A stretch of 47,250 bases of DNA, filler included, from Streblomastix strix (lineage: Eukaryota): assembly GCA_008636045.1 (NCBI GenBank). It is 2 parts of 2 records of this genome, joined end to end, with 100 filler letters (N's around TTAATTAATTAA, not from the genome) between each part and the next. Parts side by side here need not be neighbours in the genome. Positions count along the whole stretch, not along the records: positions 23,683 to 47,250 come from SNRW01000272.1; 1 more part is not named here. The stretch is one strand, 5' to 3'. Of the stretch, positions 39,065 to 47,250 are shown in pieces; the stretch's first letter is position 1; each line of letters opens with the position of its first letter. The position numbers and the translations under genes are program-made. A model generated the notes under the pieces. It searched no databases. It saw nothing but the letters and a program-made list of their open reading frames with translations, and had not been told where the DNA came from.

Positions 39065-40930
39065 ATGATTATCATCCTTGTGCTTGCGTCATTGTCCTTA
39101 GGTTTTCCAGATGATATTGGAGAACATCGTGAAACATTCCATGGCAGCACTACTGTAGGCCAAACAATTCAAAAATCAGCAAATGCGCCTTGTTCATTGA
39201 GTGTAACATCTGGTGGACCTTACATTACTGTTGATAGTGCTCTTTAATAAATATGCAATGATGGTTATGAGATTACTCTGGTAAATTAATAACATTAGGA
39301 GAGCGTAATAATAGATAAATAAACAGAAGTTCTTATCAAGGTTTATTTGTTAATTTTTCACTTTAGTATTATTTATTTATCATTTATATAGGGCACAGTC
39401 AGTGGATAAACTCAAACTATTTGGTAAGCTTAAACAGGTTTTAGACCAGAAACTTTAATTAAATAAAAAAGAGGAACACTTTCAATCGTAAATATAGATT
39501 TCAGGTTTGTTATTGTAGGTGTAAGTGCATAGCCATGGAATATCATCATCAGCGTCCAACCAGATTTGGATATAGATGAAAATCCAGTTGATTTTCCTAC
39601 GCTTGTTGTTAATAACTGCAATTTCTAAGGATTTGGCAAAGCTTCGACATTTGTCAATTAAATGATCAATGTTGTTAATGCAAGTCAGGTATTTATCCAT
39701 TCCTGCACTTTCCGGTCAACACACTCTATACAGGTGCTTATACAAGCGAGCGAATACAGAACATTTACTGTTGATCAGACTAACTTCACAGATATAAATG
39801 GAGATATCGTTGATGCTATAGAATTATCTGATGGAAGAGAGAATATTCAACACGTAATTGAGATTACAGGGAACAGATTTGATAGGTGCGCAACATCAAT
39901 AGTTGGAACAGTTGCTATTTGGACTTCTAAATCAACTGAGGATGATACTCTGAAGATAAACAACAATCACTTCATAAATTGTACTGGATAAATGACTGGG
40001 GGAATTAATCTAAATTATAAGGAGTATGGCACTATTTAATTCTATCAGAATGTCTTTTAGAGTAACGTAATGGATGGATAGGACGACAATTATGGAGGTG
40101 ACGCAAGTATATAGAAAATGACTGCATTAAAAGAATAAGATGTAGTATTAAAAGATTAAGATATAGTATAATACTACAAAAATACTTTTGCAGGGAGCAC
40201 CACCGACAATCCATATAGTGTATTTTAATATGTATAATATGGATAAGATTCAGGGTATTTTAACTTAAGATCTGCATCAGGGCAGTGCTGGGATCCGTAA
40301 TTTGAATCTGGAGGTAATTATGATGGATGCGCATGCACAGAACAAAGCCATCCAAATTTCTGCGCGTGCCCAACGAATGTGCCAATATCCACACAAGAAA
40401 AATGCTATTTTGTTAAACTACCGCCTTGTACTGGTGTTTCATAACCAACTGGAGAATGTAAATGCTCACCTTCAGTATATCCAAGTTACTGCTAGTGCCC
40501 ACTGAATAACGATGATTTTTCATACACAAAGTATTAGTGCGAAAGAGAGAAAAAATACGCATTGTTACCACAATGCACGATCAACACCACCACACCACAA
40601 GGAGGATGCAAGTGCACAGCTGATTAACATCCCATCTAACCAACACCATGCGCATGTCCACTGAATAACGTAGGTGACTACACAAAGCTATAGTGTGAGA
40701 TCGATACATAACAAGAACCAACTGATCCTTTTGACTGTGAAAGAGATCTATAAGCGGATACGCCAACATACAGGTGCGCGTGCCCTGATAAAGAGGATAA
40801 GGCTAAATGGGATTCAGATCCAAGAACTAAGAAAGGTTTTGTTTGTGCAGATGCTTCTGAATCAGTTAAAGTTGTTATAGGAGTTGTTTTAGCTGTGATT
40901 GTGATTCCTATTCTGATAGTGCAGATTTGA
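39065..40930 (+). CDS. Predicted surface protein: signal peptide, beta-helix (pectin-lyase-like) region, Cys-rich repeats, C-terminal hydrophobic tail
   Basis: MIIILVLASLSLG; one intron ~39341-39391; NNCNF/HSCTF/QTNFT/GNRFDRC/NNHFINC repeats; CxC..CxCP units; ends VVIGVVLAVIVIPILIVQI*. Confidence 0.78.
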
Positions 40931-41169
40931 CATTTCATTAGAATTTATTTTTATTTTATAGATTTAGCATACTTTTAACATTAAATTTTTAGAATTTTTC
41001 TCCTTTTTTCAAGAAATTTACATTTTCACATAGTTTTTTTCTGACTGTAAACTTTTAGTAAATTGTATAAATATAAATCATAATACTTTATTTATTATTT
41101 ATTACAGATTATAGGATTAAAATTAATACACTCAAAAAAAAAGCTACAGTTACTAAACAAATGATAAAA

Positions 41170-42080
41170 ACTGATCGAATTGAATTATGAAAATTCTTTT
41201 TGAATCAAATTAATTCTTATTCTTTATTTTATTCTTTATTTTATTTGTGTCAAGATCATTATTTATTATCATTATCTTATTCTTTCTCTTATTCTTTCAT
41301 TTATTCTTTCTCATTTTTTAAACTCGTTCTCTTATTTTTTCTATTATTCTTATTCTTATTCTTTCTTTTATTCTTTCTCATATTCTTTCTCTTATTCTTA
41401 TTATTTCTCATATTCTTTCTAATAATTCCTTATCTTATTCAATTTCTTATTCTTTCACTTATTCTTTCTATTATTCTTTCTCTGGTTCTTTATCTTATTT
41501 TTATTCTTTCTCTTATTCTTTTAATTATTCTATCTCTTGTTCTTTATCTTATTCTTATTCTTTGCCTTATTCGTTCTATTATTCTTATTCTTTCTATTAT
41601 TCTTTCTCTTGTTATATATCTTATTTTTATTCTTTCTCTTATTTTTTTAATTATTCGTTTTTTTATTCATCTTCTTACTAATATTCTTTTTTTCTACTAT
41701 TCTTTCTACTATTCTTTCCCTTATTTTTTCTCTTATACTTTCAATCTTTCTAACTTATAGAAAATTAAAAATACATCAATATCTATATATTTCTTATTAA
41801 TTATGCGGAATATTATTGATTAATTTCAGAAATCTATTAGCAAGAATTAATTCATGATTTCCTTAATAAGAAGCAAGAATTTATAATGATTAAAATGAAA
41901 TTTTCTATAATTATGAATTATTACTTAGAATTGATTCTTTAACACTATTGATGATTGAAGATGCAATTTCAATTGGAAGAGGATATGCATAATATAAACT
42001 TCCTATAAAACATGCTGCAAATCTATTTGTTTATTTATCTTCATATTTATTATGTTTCTATTCATTCTGTTCATCCTTAA
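41170..42080 (-). pseudogene. Decayed ARM-like segment followed by E/K/Q low-complexity repeats
   Basis: FAACFIGSLYYAYPLPIEIASSII...LQILASYQGNHELILANRFL then EKEQ-type repeats; contains TGAs and frameshifts. Confidence 0.45.
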
Positions 42081-42100
42081 AAATAATTAAACTTTATATA

Positions 42101-42330
42101 CAGTTATAATCAATACTCTTCTAGTTCTAGCAACCAATTCAAAAATTGGCACTTATTTAGTTTTTAAAATAGATTGATTCTTATTTATCTTCTAAAATGA
42201 AATTGTCTATACCTTGCTAAAATTTCTTATATGTTTTTCAAACTAATTAATATTTATATGCAGTTGTAATCAATACTCTTCTGGACCTAACTAATAATTC
42301 AAAAATTTGCAATTATATTTATTTTTAAAG
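42101..42330. repeat. Two diverged ~70-bp direct repeats, period 160 bp
   Basis: CAGTTATAATCAATACTCTTCTAG...AATTCAAAAATTGGCA at 42101 vs CAGTTGTAATCAATACTCTTCTGG...AATTCAAAAATTTGCA at 42261. Confidence 0.65.
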
Positions 42331-44260
42331 TAAGATTTTTAGTTCTAAACCAAAGTTTAAATACTAAGCAAAATAAATCAATTTTAGCTTAATTATCAAA
42401 CAAATAACAAATATTATAAAAAAAAATATAAAATAAATTAAAATAAATTTAATTTAACAAAAGAAAATTAATTTCAATTTTTAAAGGCTTTAATATTTTA
42501 TGAAATAATATCCATTCAAAATTGTATCACCATAAATTTTTATTCGAATTATGTGAAAGTCCCTAGTTCCCCATACCATCACACGATTTTAGGCGATTTT
42601 TTGGACGTATATTTTAATATACCAAAAATTTATCAAAATATTAAAAAAAAATTAACTTAAAATATTAGTTCAATATTTTTTGATGTTTCTTCAGCTACTT
42701 TCAAGATTGCTCTGAATCGCTAAACGTTCAAATTCTTTAATCGCGAAACTTCTTCCTTGAGAGTTTAATATTCTTCCAGAATATCTTTTTTCAATAGAGA
42801 TTTTTTAGAATTATTCAATAATTATAACGAATAAAACAGATGTGTTAGGTTTTCATCTGGAAACTATCATTTGGCAAATAAAGATTGTTATTTTTCTTAA
42901 AGATGCAATTCCAATTTCCTCATCTAAAATAATTTTAAAGGACGATAGTTCGTTACAGATATGTAATAGAGAATCAAGAAAAATAATAATAAAGAGAGAA
43001 ATAAAAGCATATTACCGAAATACGGTATTGCAACAACCGAATACTACTTTAACTATGTGTTATTCAGCAACTGGTGTTCAATTTAAAGCGTAAGTTGAAT
43101 ATAAATGCTAAAACTATTACTTTGGAGTTTCGTAGGTCAAATGATGATAAATAGAAGATGACATAAGTAGATTACTAACTGGAGAAAGATTCCTAAAAAA
43201 ATTGTAAATTAAAAAAGTAGGAAAACCGAGCTGATGACATCGAAATCCAATCAAAAATTAATAAAAAAAAATTTTATTTAAAAATAATAAAAATTTATAT
43301 AATTTCCATTTTGTGCAAGTAAAATCAATCAAAAATTTCGAAAAATTACTCAAAAATTTTTATTTATTTATTATTTTTATTTAAAAAATTTTATTTATAA
43401 ACCAACAATTAAATTATTTGAATTATGATTTTATTTTTATATTAAAATTAAATTATATTTCTTAAAAATTCAATCAAAACTTTTTGTAAGATTTTTTATA
43501 AAAACTATTTAAGTCTACTTTGATAGTACAAATAACCAAATCAAAAATTAGATTAGCGAATTATCTAATATTTATAAAAAAATTATTTTAAAAATATACT
43601 AAAGTGAAAATTAATATTTTTATTTTAAATAAATATTTTAATTATACCGTTCATAAAGTTGATAAATAATGAAAATACTCAAATTTTTGTAGTTTTCTGC
43701 CATCTTCTCGGTTTTTATTATTTGTTTTGTCAATAATTCTGCTTGTACGTTCGGAATTACAACTATTTGATCTAGCATAATGATTAGAAGGAAGAATAGG
43801 AACAGAAACTGCTATAATCTGAAAAAAAATTAATAAAATGTAATAAGATTCTTTTATTATTTCGGATTTGGAGAATATTTGATTACTTTGGTTTTTCTAT
43901 CGATTAGTACATGAGTGTGGGTTTAAAAATGTAAATATCTTGAGAAAATCAATGTTTTGTATAGAATAGTAATATTTACAGTAAAATGGAATTTTAAGAG
44001 CCGCAGTTCAGAATTGTTTACTATTTTTTTTTCAAGTTGAATTTCTCAATCTATAGATAATTTTCTGGAAAAATTAATTATAAAACTAATTTGTAATTAT
44101 AAAATATTTTAATATTCGAATCGAGTGTGAATAAATTTATAAAAGTATCGAGTAATTCATTAATTAATAAATTTATTTTTGATGTACATTGATTTAGTAA
44201 TAATTTGCTCATTGAATAACCTGGCATACGGATTGTTTTTCAAATAAATTATTAATAAAA

Positions 44261-44677
44261 TAGAAACAACTCGGCCATCTAATAAGACCTCCATTTGTAT
44301 TGAAATACACAAACCCGGCCAATGGGCCAGACTAAACAAAACTGACATGAAATTTCATATTAAATATTGAGGTGTAGTGTCAACTTGTTTCATTGCAACT
44401 GTATGAAACATCCCCTTGCACACAACGCATTTATTCTGATTTTTCAGAAGTAGTAGTCGATTTGTCACCAAAGGTTTACAACTCTTCTACGATATTTGTG
44501 CATTCTGGCTGTTGTATGGTGTCGTGGAGGCTATAATGATTAAGTTAATAATGTTAGATTTATTATAATAATTTAAATTAAGTAAATGGAGGCCTTATTA
44601 GATGGCTGGGTTGTTTCTAAACCCAACCGTGCCTCTGGGTTTGGAACTGCATAGGCCGTCTAATGCGGCCTTCATTT
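44261..44677. repeat. Three-copy inverted-repeat structure including a ~94-nt hairpin (candidate DIRS terminal/ICR region)
   Basis: 44261-44296 is inversely complementary to 44584-44619 (33/36); 44584-44677 folds on itself. Confidence 0.7.
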
Positions 44678-45233
44678 ATATTGGAATTCAAAGTCATATT
44701 TAGAAATATTTATGCAAATTGATTAATTAAATTAAATTAACTTTATTCTCAGTAAAGCTGGTAATTGTATAAATCCTTAGATTTCGAGAAATAATGAATA
44801 TAGATAAAGATCTTCGAAAATCTAATTGTTTGTAACAATATGACCTTGGAATTATTCAAGAATTATTAAATTGGCAAATCTACTCTTGGAGAATGCCAAG
44901 ACATTAAATATTATAATCAAAAGTTTTTCAGAAATGCGGAGTCATTTCATAAAATTTAAATTTTGAGCGTCAGAAATTCTATCTCCTTGCGGAGCGTAGG
45001 TTATTTCGTACGCAAATCTCTCTACATTAAGACATATTAATATATACATGACGGAAAAATGTCGTCTCATTTCATATACTTTGGGCAGTGCCTAGTTATC
45101 TGTTATTTCTCTGGGAAAATGCAAGGTCATTTCAAATAAATATTCTAATATTCATACTTTTTACTTAGGGCGACTCTCAGATGTAAAATTTAATTGAATT
45201 TTTATTATAGCTTTGATATTCTAACCTTTAATT

Positions 45234-46200
45234 TCAAATCAATAGTTTGGATATCTCTCTCTAAAGAAGGCGGAGGTAGCATGCATCCACTTCAGAGGAA
45301 GTGAGAGTGTGTCTGGTAAAAGCATTAACTTCAGTTACAGAGGCTCTCGAAGATCTCCACTTTGTCATCCGAGCATGTCTGATGGATGGTCCAATATATG
45401 GTTACTGGGTTCCGGCTTTCGTAGGATGGAAGTGAGTAATTGACTTGAATAATATGAGGATATTTGTACTATTATTGGGAAATCCCAGAAAACTGCATCT
45501 TCTGAAGTGTTAACTGTAGATCTAATTAATAGTCAGTTTTATAATGCGGAAATTGGACATAATTCGCAGTTGGATCTGTTGAGTTTGATTTTTTCGTTAC
45601 GAATCTTATTTCCTTCTTTAATTTATGAGTTTATTATCATGCATTTCTTATTTGAGTATTAGATGTCTGTAAGAGTCATTCTTGATAATTCTGTCATTTT
45701 TGCAGCTGAAAAGGAGATAAGAAGTGGCATTGCGAGAAGCTGTTTCTCTTCAGAAGTAACGAATTGTGTATGTCGGATATAATTGAACAGTCTTTCAATG
45801 TCTCAGATTACATCGTTTCTTGCTTTTGATTCTTTATTGAGATTCAAACATCTGGAGAAGTTACGAATTAAAGAAGAATCACTGATTTTGGCCTTCATGG
45901 AGAATTAAGATACAACTGTGCTCGTGTGAGTTTTTGATAAAAATTGTCTTTGACTTTCTGTTCTTTCCACCCAAATCGTTGACCCTGCCATTGCATTAAC
46001 AATGTGAATGTCTGGATGATCATTCATTAAATCATAGATTTTGATATCAGTGATCTTCATATAATCTGCCATGATACTTAATCCATATCTGAACTTACGC
46101 CATGTCTCCCAATTGCTGTTAGTTATCAATTGTTCAATTGATTATATGCTTAGACCTGATTTGGAAGTGAGAGATCTGAATAAGTAGCTCACCATTGGCA
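45234..46200 (-). pseudogene. Tyrosine recombinase of a DIRS-like retrotransposon, decayed
   Basis: VI*DIERLFNYI, LLISFSAAKMTEL (catalytic-R region), ELCPISAL, SIRHA, VNAFTRH...VDACY; two TGAs and a frameshift. Confidence 0.82.
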
Positions 46201-46499
46201 TACTTATAATCATAACTGCAATAAGGTTTCCTGGCTGGACAAAATAATACATGGAATATCAAAGCCACATTTACCGTTGCACAAGATTGACATAAAAAAC
46301 AGCGCATCGAACGTGATAAAATAGAGAATATGATTTAGTAAAAGATCCCAGTGTGATCGAATATAAGAACTCGAAATGGCATAGTAAATTAGCTACACAG
46401 ACGTCCTTCACATTTATAGAATGGAGATTGTTCTGGTCAGACGCTGGCATTTCATTGGAATAAATCAATATACCACACTATCTGTCAAAGGAATACAAG

Positions 46500-47250
46500 T
46501 CTCAAAGCTCTCACGATAAGTCGAGAAGAAACGAATCTTTTGGAATCTATGAAAGGGAGAATCAATATGCGATAGAGAATGGGAAAGGAACGAAAAGAAG
46601 AAGAGAAGATGAAGCGATCCTGGATGCAGAAATGAAAAAGAAACAAGGCAGTGGTAGTAGTGACAATGGCTGTAATAGTTAATAAATATAAGAAGATTGG
46701 ACAGGGAAAGGAAATTCTATAATCCCACGGTCAGATGGGGACAAGGAATGGTTGGAAGATGATGAACACCACAGACAAATAGAGAATGGGAAACAGATTG
46801 AATTTGAAAGAAAACTATAGACCAAGAATCAATAACAATTCCAACCTCGACAAACAAAAACGTAAAAAGATCCAGAAATGAATGTAACCTAGATGCAAGG
46901 GCGTGTAGAGCTAAAAAAATGTCATTTCACTCATACATTCTGATTTAAACACTCAAGCAAACTTAAATATCGACTAAAATTAAATAAGTCCATACCACAA
47001 TACACCTCACAAACCTTCACAACACTCTCAATAACACTCACCATCACCCTCATTAGAAGAGACACAAGCTTTATTAAGTGCGGTCCCCCTTGGAGATCCA
47101 CGAGAATACAAGGAAAAGGAACCAGAACCAGAGAAACCCAAATTACAACAATACGCAGGGTTAATGGAAGTAATTGGAAGGTTCCACGAAATAATGAAAC
47201 CAATTATTGAGGAAGAGAAGAAGAAACCGGATACTATGCTACCAGGATAA
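46500..47250 (+). mobile_element. Purine-rich, higher-GC decayed coding-like sequence, possibly a retroelement ORF1/gag fragment
   Basis: Composition shift next to the YR; terminal open frame PLGDPREYKEKEPEPEKPKLQQYAGLMEVIGRFHEIMKP runs off the window; no diagnostic motif. Confidence 0.3.

Noticed and set aside
41200..41760. 186-aa hydrophobic 'membrane protein' ORF from the track (likewise 26157-26585, 27422-27908, 32350-32635)
   Set aside because: Antisense shadows of E/K/Q-rich low-complexity coding sequence on the opposite strand
4867..45805. General TGA=Trp recoding (TGA at Trp-aligned sites 4867 and 13089, and likely Trp sites 45533 and 45803)
   Set aside because: These copies also carry frameshifts, TGA also replaces Arg-aligned codons (pPolB copy 4; probably 1938), and the intact pPolB has no internal TGA; consistent with mutational decay

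Overview
Very AT-rich eukaryotic DNA that uses a non-standard code (TAA/TAG = Gln, TGA = sole stop; translation-table-6 type). The supplied standard-code ORF track is therefore fragmentary and mostly spurious. The code, the short AT-rich GT-AG introns and the gene families fit an oxymonad such as Streblomastix (inference). A 100-bp artificial linker (23583-23682) joins two probably unrelated contigs. Left half (1-23582): a cluster of endogenous Polinton/Maverick-like elements. It holds four distinct protein-primed DNA polymerase B (pPolB) copies: one fully intact 1522-aa gene and three decayed copies. It also holds two rve integrases, an HNH endonuclease plus a nuclease-less paralogue, a decayed A32-like packaging ATPase, a possible minor capsid remnant, and a conserved 42-47 aa microprotein in three copies. 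Non-coding structure includes a palindrome-bearing repeat array upstream of the intact polymerase, a 96-nt multi-hairpin in-frame insertion in a decayed polymerase, and two MITEs. Right half (23683-47250): intron-containing host genes (long-chain acyl-CoA synthetase, a KAR-like SDR, a Cys-rich surface protein, ARM/coiled-coil proteins) and a decayed DIRS-like tyrosine-recombinase retroelement with inverted-repeat structure. All translations were done by eye; pseudogene boundaries are approximate.
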